Source: Candidatus Berkelbacteria bacterium (GTDB lineage Bacteria; Patescibacteriota; UBA1384; DTJR01). From it: a stretch of DNA of 64,000 nucleotides. Made by a program: the position numbers and the translations under genes. Shown in pieces: positions 45,825 through 56,171 of this stretch. How positions within the stretch are numbered: position 1 is the first letter of the stretch; the number at the start of each line of letters is the position of its first letter. The stretch lies in assembly GCA_029865605.1 (NCBI GenBank), contig JAOUGE010000001.1, forward strand, positions 19,840 through 83,839, read 5' to 3'. The notes beneath the pieces were generated by a model, which made no database searches, was not told the origin of the DNA, and was given only the letters and a program-made list of their open reading frames with translations.

Positions 45825-46364
45825 ATGAAATTAGGTAGAGCTTTTTTCGAGAGATTTACTTTAGATGTGGCAAGAGAGCTTTTGGGGAAGGTAATTGTCC
45901 GCAAAATAGGTAAAAAATTGATTAGAGCACGGATTGTTGAGACGGAGGCCTATTGCGGAGAGGAAGATCAGGCTTGCCATGCGCGCATAGGCCGTACCAA
46001 GAGAAACGAAGTGATGTACGGACCCGCCGGCCATGCCTATATTTATTTGTGTTATGGAATTCATGAGCTTTTGAATATTGTAACGCAAGAAAAGGGTTGC
46101 CCCGAGGCGGTGTTAATTAGAAAGGTCGAGCCGTTGACAAGAAGTAATTTAAAATCATACGGCCCAGGTAACTTAACCAGATACTTACAGATTACAAGAG
46201 CACTAAACAGTGAAGATTTGACCAAAAGTAAGGTTTTTTGGATTGAAGACGACGGTTTTATTGTAGAAAAATCTCAAATTAAGTCGGCCGAGCGGATTGG
46301 CGTTTCTTACGCCGGAAAATGGGCGAAGAAAAAGTGGCGGTTTTTGAATGGAGCAAAAACCTAA
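45825..46364 (+). CDS. mpg: DNA-3-methyladenine glycosylase (Mpg/AAG family)
   Basis: RIVETEAYCGEEDQACHA, GPAGHAYIYLCYGIHELLNIV. Confidence 0.75.
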   Translation: MKLGRAFFERFTLDVARELLGKVIVRKIGKKLIRARIVETEAYCGEEDQACHARIGRTKRNEVMYGPAGHAYIYLCYGIHELLNIVTQEKGCPEAVLIRKVEPLTRSNLKSYGPGNLTRYLQITRALNSEDLTKSKVFWIEDDGFIVEKSQIKSAERIGVSYAGKWAKKKWRFLNGAKT

Positions 46365-46406
46365 TCCGTAGTTGAACGAGACGGTTTCTTCTGATAAATT
46401 TGTTAT

Positions 46407-47687
46407 ATGAAGCTTTCCGAACTTTTCACTAAAACCAGCAAGCAAATGCCTTCTGATGAGCAGTCGGTCTCGGCTCAACTTTTAGAACGCGCCGGATATA
46501 TTAATAAGGAAGCAGCTGGCGTTTATTCGCTCTTGCCGCTCGGGCTTAGGGTCATAAATAATATTACGAACATTATTCGTCAAGAGATGGATGCGGTTGG
46601 TGGTCAGGAAATATTGATGTCTGGCTTAATTCCAAAATCAAATTTGGAACAGACCGGTCGCTGGGAAAGCTTTGAGGCATTGTACCGACTCAAGGGTGCA
46701 GATGACAAGGAATATGGCTTGGGGGCTACGCACGAGGAGATTATTTCTCCGCTAGTCAAAAAATACGTTCAATCCTATAGGGATCTGCCGGTCGCCATTT
46801 ATCAAATTCAAGACAAGTTTAGAAACGAAATCAGAGCTAAGTCAGGCGTTTTGCGCACTAGAGAATTTTTAATGAAAGATCTTTACTCGTTCCACGCGGA
46901 CCAGGAGGGTTTGGATAAATATTACGAGCAGGTTAAAGAAGCGTACTGGAAAATATTCGAGCGCTGCGTAATTAAAGATAAAACTTATTTGACCTTGGCT
47001 TCTGGCGGGACGTTCTCTAAGTATTCGCATGAGTTTCAAACTGAAACAGAGGCGGGCGAAGACGAAATTTATGTTTGTAAAAGCTGTCGGATTGGTTTGA
47101 ATAAAGAGATTTTAGAAGGGGAATATGAATGTCCGGAGTGCAAAAATCGCGAACATGAAGTTAAGAAAACCATTGAAGTTGGCAATATTTTCAAACTCGG
47201 AACAAAGTATTCTAAGCCGTTTGAGCTAAATTTTGTCGATCAATCGGGCAAGCCACAGCCGGTTATAATGGGCTGTTACGGTATAGGTCTGCAAAGATTG
47301 ATGGGAGCGATTGTTGAGGTTTATCACGATGAAAAGGGTATAGTCTGGCCAAACAATGAGATTGCGCCTTTTGTGGCGCATCTCATTGAGTTAAAAGTTG
47401 AAAGTGGTAGGCCAGCGGAGCTGGGGATGGAAGGGCCAAAGGGGAAGGGACAGAACACAGCAGATGAGATATATAATCAATTGCTAGAGGCAGGAATTGA
47501 GGTTTTATACGATGACCGTGAAGATATTTCCGCCGGCGAGAAATTTGCCGATGCTGATTTACTTGGTATTCCTTGCCGGCTAGTTATAAGTGAAAAAACA
47601 GGGGATAAAGTAGAAATAAAAAATAGAAGCAAAGACCAGACAGAGCTCGTTCCGAAAGAAGAATTGATTAGCAAACTTAGAACTTAG
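46407..47687 (+). CDS. proS: proline--tRNA ligase (short form without insertion/editing domain)
   Basis: Class II aaRS motifs; N-terminal SAQLLERAGYI...GVYSLLPLGLRV typical of ProRS; C-terminal anticodon-binding domain. Confidence 0.75.
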   Translation: MKLSELFTKTSKQMPSDEQSVSAQLLERAGYINKEAAGVYSLLPLGLRVINNITNIIRQEMDAVGGQEILMSGLIPKSNLEQTGRWESFEALYRLKGADDKEYGLGATHEEIISPLVKKYVQSYRDLPVAIYQIQDKFRNEIRAKSGVLRTREFLMKDLYSFHADQEGLDKYYEQVKEAYWKIFERCVIKDKTYLTLASGGTFSKYSHEFQTETEAGEDEIYVCKSCRIGLNKEILEGEYECPECKNREHEVKKTIEVGNIFKLGTKYSKPFELNFVDQSGKPQPVIMGCYGIGLQRLMGAIVEVYHDEKGIVWPNNEIAPFVAHLIELKVESGRPAELGMEGPKGKGQNTADEIYNQLLEAGIEVLYDDREDISAGEKFADADLLGIPCRLVISEKTGDKVEIKNRSKDQTELVPKEELISKLRT

Positions 47688-47703
47688 TGCTATTAACTCG
47701 AGG

Positions 47704-49218
47704 CTAGGCAGCGATCTTTTTTTCTTGTGGTTGCGCCTTGCCGGTTGAGCCAATGATATTCGTTGGTGCTGCGGGGGACAGACCGGCTTTTTTCCCTGTT
47801 AAAAAGTCCCAGATCGCTACGATTGGGTTCTCCGGCTTTGCCGCCGGCGCCGTATCCTCTTTGCCGGCGGGGAAACCTGCCGCCGGCGCGGGTGGATATT
47901 CGTAGTCATCTTCAAAATAATATTCATCAATATAGATCTCTTCAACCCCTTGCGGGATGCCGCTAGCAATATTTTTGCCTCTTTCGGCGAAGCGCTCCTG
48001 GAGATGCTTAAACCAGAGATTATTGGCCCGCAGGAGCGCTGAGAACTCTTCTTTATCAGAAATAGCAGCGAGAATTTCTTGGGGAGTGGCGGTGTCGGGC
48101 AAACCGTATTTGGCGCAAAATTCTTCTCTTGTGCTGCAGCCGGCGCGCGTTTTTAGGTAATCGACAACCGCCCCTGGCTCGGCAAATTGAAGGCGGCGGG
48201 CAAGATAAGTTTGTTCGCTTTTGCCGTATTCTAAAAAGTAAGAGGTCATTTCCGCAACTAGCTCTCGAGCGACCTGGATTTTTTCTCGGCCTTGTTTGTC
48301 TGGGTCCAGGTCTTTAATTGCTTCTAACCGGCTGCGGATATATCTGCTCCAAATAGTTGAATGTTCATTGGGATCGCGCAAAACTTTTAAGATTTCTGCC
48401 AGCGCCGGGGCTACTCGAGCCATCGCATCGATATTTTCTTGAGTTGGGTATTGTGCCGCTTCTAAAAACTGAAAATAAGCTTCCTGCGGCCAAATATCAC
48501 CTGATTCGCAGAGGATATGGGAGATTTCGTGGCGGACATGATGGGCTTTGGCATCTGGTCCTTCGTTTTCGAAAAATACACCGTAGAAGTAAATCGTTGC
48601 CTGCCCGCCTTCAATGGTGTAGTAAGCAGCCGCCTTGGCCGGATCAAAGCTTTGTTCTTGAAATTCTTGCCCCGGGGTTTTCTTAATCTCAATCGCGCTT
48701 ATCTTTGAAAGAAGCTTTTCAGCTGTCATATGACCGGAGAATATAATACTGTATAAACCCTCCCGAACGCCGATTATCGCCTCTTCAATTTTTTCCGGTT
48801 TGGCATCAGGAAACTCTGTCGAGATTCTTTCTTTGAGAGGAGCGACTATTCTTTGTTCAATAAGGATAATGTCATCGGCTAGCTCTTGAGCTTCGGCGGA
48901 TTCGAACCGTCCCTCGGCTTTCTTCTTCTCAAAGTAGCCAGCGAGCGCTCCATCAAGACCTTCTTGTGAGAACTGATCGATGCTTTTTGCCAACTCTCTC
49001 GGCTCGCTCTGTCCCGCCTCGTAGCAGCTGCTGTCTATTATTTCCTCGTCAACTGCCGCTCCCGGCTCCGCAGGCTCTGGCGGGGCTTCTGTTTCCCTAA
49101 AAGCCTCCTCCCGCTTCCTGGCAAGCTCTTCTTGGGGCGTTATGTCGCGAGGTTCTTGTTCTTCGGGTGGTTTCATATTACCCTTACTTCGTTGCCGCTT
49201 GGGTGATTGTTTGCTCAA
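47704..49218 (-). CDS. hypothetical protein with HExxH zinc-metallopeptidase-like motif
   Basis: HHVRHEISHIL; acidic N-terminal region; 504 aa. Confidence 0.4.
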   Translation of the reverse strand: MSKQSPKRQRSKGNMKPPEEQEPRDITPQEELARKREEAFRETEAPPEPAEPGAAVDEEIIDSSCYEAGQSEPRELAKSIDQFSQEGLDGALAGYFEKKKAEGRFESAEAQELADDIILIEQRIVAPLKERISTEFPDAKPEKIEEAIIGVREGLYSIIFSGHMTAEKLLSKISAIEIKKTPGQEFQEQSFDPAKAAAYYTIEGGQATIYFYGVFFENEGPDAKAHHVRHEISHILCESGDIWPQEAYFQFLEAAQYPTQENIDAMARVAPALAEILKVLRDPNEHSTIWSRYIRSRLEAIKDLDPDKQGREKIQVARELVAEMTSYFLEYGKSEQTYLARRLQFAEPGAVVDYLKTRAGCSTREEFCAKYGLPDTATPQEILAAISDKEEFSALLRANNLWFKHLQERFAERGKNIASGIPQGVEEIYIDEYYFEDDYEYPPAPAAGFPAGKEDTAPAAKPENPIVAIWDFLTGKKAGLSPAAPTNIIGSTGKAQPQEKKIAA

Positions 49219-52102
49219 CTGAAGGACTTTCTACTTTTGGCGCTTCGTCTGATTTTTGGCCAGCTGTTTTGTCTGGGCTTGCAGGCGCAGCCTTTTCTTC
49301 TTCTAGACCAACCGAAGCTTTGGCGATTTTTTCTTTGACTTTATCTTCGACCGACTTTAGAGCGTCAGCGGGATTTTGAACCAAACTGTCTTTATTTACT
49401 TTTGCCTCGATTAGATAATCAACTGATTCCAACGCTCCCTTAACTTTTTCTTTTAGCTTTTCGATGTCGCCCTCTTGGGGGGTAACTCCAAGCTTAACTG
49501 TGGCAACGGGATGATATTTATCAACAGTTTTGGATATTTCTTGGACTTGCTGGGGGGAGATGGGTTTTGAGAGTCGGTTTAACGACTGCTCAAGGGTGTT
49601 TTTAATTTGGCTTAGATCTAGACTGGGATTTGATTTTAAGTCCTGGGTCACTTTTTGCGTTACTCCTCGGGCAAGAGAGAGCTTTTCTTCGCTAACAAGA
49701 TTTGAAATTTCTGAATTGAGCGAACCGGCTAGATCTCGGGTGACAAAACCTTCGCGCAAGTTCCCAATGGTTGTTGGGGTCTGGTTGGGTTTGGGGATAT
49801 ACGATATGGCTTGGAGATGGGTAATTTGAGGGTTTTGGGATACGGCGGTGGAAATCTGTTTGTTAACCCCGGAACGCTGTAGGGCGGAGGCAATGTCGGT
49901 TTGGCTGGCTTTTTGGATTTGAGAGAGACGTCTTAAGAAATAATCACCGTGTTTTTCGATTCCCTCAGCGGATATATTTTTAATTTGGTCTGTAATCATT
50001 CTGACTAAGGGTGGAGAGGGGGGGGAGCTGACCTGGGGTGACAAAGAAGCTCTTTCGATTAATCCAGCAATATCTTTAAATCCGGTTGAATAATCAAGAT
50101 GATCTTGGGTGATTTGGTTATTTACCTCTCGCTGGCTTGAAAACCTGAGATTTCTCGTTTCGATGGTTTGAAGCTGTTGGAAGACCCTTTCTGTCTGATT
50201 CTTGAAGGTTGGGGCGAGGTCAGGTTTTGTTAAGATTCCGTCTTGGAGAGCTTTTTTGATGACAGGATAGGAAACGTTGCCCAAAGCGCCCTTTTGGGCG
50301 AGTAGTTTTAAGGCATCAGGATTTTTAATCGTGCCGTTTTCGACTGCTTCGGATAGTCTGACTAATTTTCGGGCCGAATCGGCTCTAATTGCTGCTCCCT
50401 GATCATCAAGAATCTGGCCATTTTGGTTTTTGAGCTGTTCGACGAGGCGCGTGTCTCGCCAGAGTTGAAGATCGCTTTTGTCGACAACTGCTTTGAAAAC
50501 TTCGGGGGACAGGTCGGCGACAGAACGAGCCAAGAGATTAGTTGGGCGGGAGAGGTTGGTTTGGTTAGCGCGCGACAGGACGTTTGCCAGCTCCGGCAAA
50601 GCGGTGCGAGCGATAAACTGCTCGGTTTTTATCCCCTCAACCTGCCTCTGGCGCTCACGTGTTGTTATCCGGGCGAATCTAGTCGAGGTGTCAGCGACGA
50701 TTTTCTTGGTCAGCTGAGAGCTGAAAATCCTGTCTGTGGCGGCTGCGGGCTGAGAAATCGGTTTTTTAGGCTCAAGCGCCGCGGCTAGTCGGCCAATGCC
50801 AAGCGATGCGCCGAAGCTGGTTCTGGAAAGAGCAACGGTTAGGCGTCTCAAATCGCTTTCGACTGTAAAGGGCAAGCGCACGAGAATAGCGATGACGGCG
50901 ATTTTGAAGACCCATAAGGCAAGGAAGGAAACCGCATTACCATCTTCCCAGTGGGCGGCAGGAAAGGCATTCAAAATGAAAAAGGCGAAATTGACGATAG
51001 GGGCGTAAAAAAGAGCAATTAATAGGTATGAGAGCCACTTTCGAAAGATGACTTGGGTTTGGGGTAAGATTAGGCAGGCAAAAGCGATTGGGGCAGTTAC
51101 AGTTAAAAATCCAACTGCGAAGGCTCTTAGAGCTAGAACATATTCAAACATAATTACTATAAGTGATGGGATGACGAGAAGAATTGTGCCAAAAAGACCA
51201 GTGATAAACGAGGCAGTTTGGGCGGAAGCAGCACTGATACCCAAGAGTTTTCCGCCGACATTAAAAACTAGACTAAGAGAATCCTGCAGACTGCTAGATG
51301 CGGTGAGTGGTCCGCCAAATATGTTTAGCATCGGATGAAATGCCTGCTGGGGGGCGAAGGGAGAAATTGTGTACATAAAGTCTATCAGTCTCGAGATAAT
51401 GAAAATGGCGTAAATTGAAAGCCAAGCACCGATGACCGCCAAAACGACCGTCGGCAGCATTTTTTTGATCGAATATGAGCTTACCTCGATATGCAGGATT
51501 TTGGCGAACGCGAGAATAATAATGGCGATAAAAACTAAGACTGAAACGATATTTCTGATTAAAGCAAAAGCGGAGGGAACTTGGGTGGGTTCGGTAGCGG
51601 AGGTCGTAGTTGGGGTTGGAGCGATAAGCCCGCCAGTACCCGTTTCGGGGTTAAGGGTCAAGCTATTGGTTAGTTGAGAGGTTTCAGTTATTGAAAACGC
51701 CCTACTTTCGGGAGTGCATCCTCCTCTACTTCTTGTAAAATGGATGTCTCGCCAATAGTTGCCTGCATTGCCGACGGTCTGGATGCTGCAGGTTATTTCA
51801 GTAGCTAAGTTCGAAACGGAGAGGGCGATTACTTTGGTCAGATCGCAAATGGTAGTGCGATAAATATTGGTTGGATCGCCATGAAAAAGGTTTTCGCAGA
51901 TTGTTTCGGGATCAGTGGAAGCAAGGGTCCCCCCCAGAGCAGCCTCGCCGCCACCCGTACCCGTGGTTGTGCCTCCTCCAGGATTATTCCAGTTTTTCGC
52001 ACTCGAAGTTCCGGGCAGAAAAATGAGCGTGCTGATGAAAACTAAATAAAAAGCGCCTTTGATGAGTTTTGATTTTATTTGAGAAATTTTGTGCCGTTTC
52101 AT
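49184..52102 (-). CDS. giant membrane protein (972 aa): N-terminal signal, ~7 TM helices, long C-terminal domain; VirB6/TrbL/TcpH-like
   Basis: Architecture as in Gram-positive VirB6 analogs. Motif CLILPQTQVIFRKWLSYLLIALFYAPIV is shared with the paralog at 53439-56171. Confidence 0.45.
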   Translation of the reverse strand: MKRHKISQIKSKLIKGAFYLVFISTLIFLPGTSSAKNWNNPGGGTTTGTGGGEAALGGTLASTDPETICENLFHGDPTNIYRTTICDLTKVIALSVSNLATEITCSIQTVGNAGNYWRDIHFTRSRGGCTPESRAFSITETSQLTNSLTLNPETGTGGLIAPTPTTTSATEPTQVPSAFALIRNIVSVLVFIAIIILAFAKILHIEVSSYSIKKMLPTVVLAVIGAWLSIYAIFIISRLIDFMYTISPFAPQQAFHPMLNIFGGPLTASSSLQDSLSLVFNVGGKLLGISAASAQTASFITGLFGTILLVIPSLIVIMFEYVLALRAFAVGFLTVTAPIAFACLILPQTQVIFRKWLSYLLIALFYAPIVNFAFFILNAFPAAHWEDGNAVSFLALWVFKIAVIAILVRLPFTVESDLRRLTVALSRTSFGASLGIGRLAAALEPKKPISQPAAATDRIFSSQLTKKIVADTSTRFARITTRERQRQVEGIKTEQFIARTALPELANVLSRANQTNLSRPTNLLARSVADLSPEVFKAVVDKSDLQLWRDTRLVEQLKNQNGQILDDQGAAIRADSARKLVRLSEAVENGTIKNPDALKLLAQKGALGNVSYPVIKKALQDGILTKPDLAPTFKNQTERVFQQLQTIETRNLRFSSQREVNNQITQDHLDYSTGFKDIAGLIERASLSPQVSSPPSPPLVRMITDQIKNISAEGIEKHGDYFLRRLSQIQKASQTDIASALQRSGVNKQISTAVSQNPQITHLQAISYIPKPNQTPTTIGNLREGFVTRDLAGSLNSEISNLVSEEKLSLARGVTQKVTQDLKSNPSLDLSQIKNTLEQSLNRLSKPISPQQVQEISKTVDKYHPVATVKLGVTPQEGDIEKLKEKVKGALESVDYLIEAKVNKDSLVQNPADALKSVEDKVKEKIAKASVGLEEEKAAPASPDKTAGQKSDEAPKVESPSVEQTITQAATK

Positions 52103-52148
52103 TTGGAAAAATAAGTTTGGAATAAGCTGCTAAGGAATGAAAAACTTA

Positions 52149-53030
52149 CTAGCTGGAAAAATCAGTACCCGCTCCTGGGGCGATAAAGTAATAAACGAAA
52201 GCTAAGGCAGCAACTACTAATGAGACAAAAATAAGCAAGAGTAATTTCCAATGCCTTGCTGCCCAACCGGCGGCGGCTGTTGCCGCTGTGACAGCAGCTG
52301 CTATTAGTAACGAAATGCCGGCTGACTCTGGTGCAGCTGCTGCGCCAGCCGCCGCCGCCGTGCCCTCAACTGCTCCTTCGGCTGCGACTTCACCGCCCGT
52401 CATGGCTGCGGTGGCAGCGGCGCTGGTGGCCACGTCTGTAGCTACGCCGGTGCCTGCTTTTTCCGCGGTTTTTTCTCCTACCTGAGCTCCAGTGCGAACT
52501 CCGGTTTGAGCAAGGTTTGTTGCCGGGCTCACAGGAGTTACGGGTGGTTCAGCCGGTGATGGGGCAGGGCCTCCTGCTGGCGCTTCTGGGGCTGTCGGCT
52601 CCGGTGCTGCGGGTTCTGGCGCGGCCGGCTCGGCGGTTCCTCCTTCGGGAGGTCCACCGGCTTCAGGAGCGGGCGCTTCGGCCGGCTCCGGTCCTATGCC
52701 TTCAGTTGGCTCCGGTTGGACTGGGGGAGTTTCCGGTACCACCTCTCCTTCGGGTGCTTCGGCCTGCCCCTCTGCTGGGGGTGGTTGTCCTTCGGCAGTT
52801 TCCGGCGGAGCTTCAGCACCTTCAGTTGGCTCTTTTTCGGCCCCTTCGGCTTCACCCTCTCCTGTTTTCTCTTCTTCCTTGCCAGTAAATTTTTCTTTTA
52901 GCTTTTCGTAGTCCTCTTTGCCCTGTCGAATTTTCTCAATCGGCGACTCTTGGTCGCGTTGTTCTTGAGGCACCTCTTCTTCCTGTGAAGGGGCGGTTTG
53001 TATCTTGCTTGGGTCTTCTAGAATTGCCAT
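52149..53030 (-). CDS. acidic Pro/Glu/Ala-rich protein with C-terminal TM anchor
   Basis: Low-complexity EAPPETAEGQPPPAEG repeats; C-terminal LLLLIFVSLVVAALAFVYYFIA. Confidence 0.4.
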   Translation of the reverse strand: MAILEDPSKIQTAPSQEEEVPQEQRDQESPIEKIRQGKEDYEKLKEKFTGKEEEKTGEGEAEGAEKEPTEGAEAPPETAEGQPPPAEGQAEAPEGEVVPETPPVQPEPTEGIGPEPAEAPAPEAGGPPEGGTAEPAAPEPAAPEPTAPEAPAGGPAPSPAEPPVTPVSPATNLAQTGVRTGAQVGEKTAEKAGTGVATDVATSAAATAAMTGGEVAAEGAVEGTAAAAGAAAAPESAGISLLIAAAVTAATAAAGWAARHWKLLLLIFVSLVVAALAFVYYFIAPGAGTDFSS

Positions 53031-53031
53031 T

Positions 53032-53436
53032 TTATTGTTTAGGTTGGATCTCTCTTTGGGCTTGTTGGAAATAAAACTCGATTACCATTGGTGCATAGTA
53101 TTGAATAGGGGTGAGAACATTTTCTTCGGATAGCTGGATAAGGGCAATGATTTCGTCAGCAGTAGCGTTGACTACTCTATCTTGAATAGCAACGCCTGAC
53201 CTTCTCCACCAAGGGCCATATTGCAGCTCAAGGTGGGGGCGGGCAACCGCGAAAATTTTGACTTTAAGTTCGTTTGTCTCTTGGGGAGTCAGCGGTTTTT
53301 CTTTGCGGCTGGTGCGGTTCTTAGCTTTTACTCTTAAATCCTCGCAAAAGACAGCAAGTTCTTGAGTTTCGGTATCTCTCTCAACCTGAAGGGAAGCGCG
53401 ATAAGCTATTTGTTTTGGATCTTTGATAATTTCCAT
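53032..53436 (-). CDS. hypothetical protein (134 aa)
   Basis: ORF only; 2-nt gap to the neighbours, operon-like spacing. Confidence 0.4.
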   Translation of the reverse strand: MEIIKDPKQIAYRASLQVERDTETQELAVFCEDLRVKAKNRTSRKEKPLTPQETNELKVKIFAVARPHLELQYGPWWRRSGVAIQDRVVNATADEIIALIQLSEENVLTPIQYYAPMVIEFYFQQAQREIQPKQ

Positions 53437-53438
53437 TT

Positions 53439-56171
53439 TTAGGTTGGATTAATGGGGTTGCGCTGAGCCATTAATTCTAATCCTTGGGCGACTCTGGCAG
53501 CCATTTCCGGTGTGATAGTTTCTCCTTCAATGCCGGCATGGCTGCCGATTAAAACTTTGGCTTTCTTTAACTGGTCGGGAGAGACGCCGGCTGGTTGAGC
53601 AACCGTTCTGCAGGCCTCAACTGTTTGTTGAACCATTTCGACTGAAATGTCGGGTCGAGCAGCAATCTTTTCGGCGATTCTGGCAGAAAGTTGGGCGCCT
53701 TCTTCGGATCCGAAAAGGGTCAATTGTTGTTTTCGAGAATCAGTGAATTGTCTGACAATTTGAGCCACGTTTTCGCTTCCACCGAACTCAGCTGTAACTC
53801 GTCCCAACAACCTGTCTCTGTCGGAATCCGAGCCGTCGGTTTGGTGGATATCTCTAATTAAAGTTTCCACCTGCTGGGGATCTTGCGAAGCTAGCTCTGC
53901 TCTGATTTGACCGAGCATGCCTACTCTTCTTGTAGAAAGGTTTAGGAGCTCTATAATTTTCCTTTCGGCGGGGGTGAATGGTTGGGCATAGCCGGTTGGT
54001 CTGCCAACTCCTCCGGCACCGGTCGTCCCAACGGCCCCGGATGGACCCCTGCTGAGCCCGAGGATAACACGCTCATTGTTTCTCTCTGCCTCCTCTCTTA
54101 GGGTTCTGCGTTCCTCGGCGCTCCGGTAGCCTCTGGCCTCTGAAGCGGCTAAACTTCTCTGGCGGTCAAACCCTTCGACAACTGCTGCAAAATGTGACGG
54201 TATCACTCCTCCCTTCTTCGCTGCACCGCCAAGGTTGTTTAGATATTCTGATGCTGACGCTTGCTCCTGATATAATCTCTGAAGATCAGCGTGCAGCATC
54301 TGCATTGCTGCCTCTAGACTGCTTAGGCCCTTTTCTTTCATGTAGCCTTTTGCTAGTTTTTCGAAGCCTAGGCCGTAATTGCTACCCCTTAAGGCCTCGA
54401 GAGTGTAGATGTGGCTTAAATCCTCTCTTTGAATTGCCTGCTGGTGTTTAAAATAAGTTTCTTGACCGGCCAGAAATCTGGTTACCTCGGATGTTTTCCA
54501 AGGAGCTTTATCCATATTTTTACTATAGACGTCAGCCCTTTCGCGAAGGGCGGCAACCGCCCCGTAAGGGTTGAATTTTTGAGCCGTGAATAATGCTTTG
54601 TGAAGTTTGCCTCTCCAGCCACCCTCTCCTCTTACTGTGGCTATAGCAGCTTCTCCGCCAAGTTCAGTGGCCGTTTTAGCGTTAACTTGGGCTTCGTGTC
54701 GTTCTTCAAACCTGGCATTAAATCTTCTCCTATAATCTCGCCTATTGGCTGGATTCTTAAGGTAGTTTGCCAATTCATCTCTACTGTCGAAACCGAGCCG
54801 GTCCATTTCCTCTTTCTGGAAATCATCTATATTTGCTTTTTTAAACCTCTTTTTTGCTTCTTCCTTCTCTCTGTCCATTTCCCTCATCATTCTTGCTTGG
54901 TGGGCTGGATCAGTTTCGATTATTCTGGACTCGTTCTCTCGCGCGCTTGGGTTCGCTTTTTCGTATTCTTCTACTGTTTGGCCGGCTGCTTGAGCATCGT
55001 GAGCGATTCTAGCGTCTACAACCCGACCAACATAACTTTTTTTAAAGAGCTCTACCCTTTTAGCTGCTTTGCCTGAGGGATCAAGTTTTTGGAAAGCCGC
55101 AACGGCTTTCTTTCCAGCCCCGGTTGCCAGCATTTTATTCCAAGCATATGGACCCGCTCCCATTGCGAACCCGGCTCCTTTCCAGCCGGCGCTGCCGGCC
55201 ATCCTCCCGACCGCGGCAGTTATTCCACCAATATCCTTCTCCCACATAAATGGGGCTCTGATCGCCATTATAAGTATCCAGATTTTAACGGCGAGGGGGA
55301 TAATGAAGCCAATAATTTTTGACGTTATTCCGGCCCCGGCTACTCCACCTAGCGATGGGATCATCAGCGCAAGGTGGACCAATCCCCAGACAATTAGAGG
55401 ATAAAAAAGCCAAAAAAGGACTATTTTAAGCCATCTCCTGAAGAGGCCTTCGGTCTGGGGAAGAATGTAGCAACCAAGGGCAAGGGGTGCGATTGCCGCG
55501 CCAAGAATAACAACCCATCCCCTAAGAGCTAGTAAAAAGTTAAGGATGAAAAACAAGAGAATGGGAAATCCCACAAAAAGAGCAACGCAACAACCAACGA
55601 AGATATTGAGACCCGGGACCGCTAGACCGGAAAAAAGCATTGCTGCGAGAGAGGCAACTCCCCAGCTTGCAAACCCAGCTGCAGCCCCACCGCCTGCTGC
55701 ACCCAAAAGGATTGAAGGCGAAGCCAAACTAATTGGCTTAAAAATGTTTAACGAACCAAGCTGATCGACGACTGCCGAGAGAATTGCAAAAATAGGCATG
55801 GCAAGATGAGCAACAAGTAACGCAATGAGCACTTTGGGTAGCACGGCTTTAATCTGATATGTGTTGATGTTCCAATGTAAAATGTTGGCCAGCGCGATCA
55901 GGATTAAAACTATAAAAACAAAAATATCGACAAAGCCCAGACAGAGTTTGTAGATTGTGTTGATTTTAGGACTGATGGTGTTTCTATTTGATAATGTCTG
56001 GGTCACATAACTCGGAGAGCCGGATGAGTAAGCGTAGGTTTTTGAGACAAGGGAAATTGTAGCAGAAGAGTCAACCGATGATGATTCGCCCAAGGTGTTT
56101 ATAGATATATTAAAGGTAAATAGAACGAGGACTATTACTATAAGCCATTTAATCACTGAAATTTTTTTCAT
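53439..56171 (-). CDS. giant membrane protein (910 aa), VirB6/TrbL/TcpH-like paralog
   Basis: Signal, extracytoplasmic domain, ~7 TM helices with CYILPQTEGLFRRWLKIVLFWLFYPLIV, long charged C-terminal domain. Confidence 0.45.
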   Translation of the reverse strand: MKKISVIKWLIVIVLVLFTFNISINTLGESSSVDSSATISLVSKTYAYSSGSPSYVTQTLSNRNTISPKINTIYKLCLGFVDIFVFIVLILIALANILHWNINTYQIKAVLPKVLIALLVAHLAMPIFAILSAVVDQLGSLNIFKPISLASPSILLGAAGGGAAAGFASWGVASLAAMLFSGLAVPGLNIFVGCCVALFVGFPILLFFILNFLLALRGWVVILGAAIAPLALGCYILPQTEGLFRRWLKIVLFWLFYPLIVWGLVHLALMIPSLGGVAGAGITSKIIGFIIPLAVKIWILIMAIRAPFMWEKDIGGITAAVGRMAGSAGWKGAGFAMGAGPYAWNKMLATGAGKKAVAAFQKLDPSGKAAKRVELFKKSYVGRVVDARIAHDAQAAGQTVEEYEKANPSARENESRIIETDPAHQARMMREMDREKEEAKKRFKKANIDDFQKEEMDRLGFDSRDELANYLKNPANRRDYRRRFNARFEERHEAQVNAKTATELGGEAAIATVRGEGGWRGKLHKALFTAQKFNPYGAVAALRERADVYSKNMDKAPWKTSEVTRFLAGQETYFKHQQAIQREDLSHIYTLEALRGSNYGLGFEKLAKGYMKEKGLSSLEAAMQMLHADLQRLYQEQASASEYLNNLGGAAKKGGVIPSHFAAVVEGFDRQRSLAASEARGYRSAEERRTLREEAERNNERVILGLSRGPSGAVGTTGAGGVGRPTGYAQPFTPAERKIIELLNLSTRRVGMLGQIRAELASQDPQQVETLIRDIHQTDGSDSDRDRLLGRVTAEFGGSENVAQIVRQFTDSRKQQLTLFGSEEGAQLSARIAEKIAARPDISVEMVQQTVEACRTVAQPAGVSPDQLKKAKVLIGSHAGIEGETITPEMAARVAQGLELMAQRNPINPT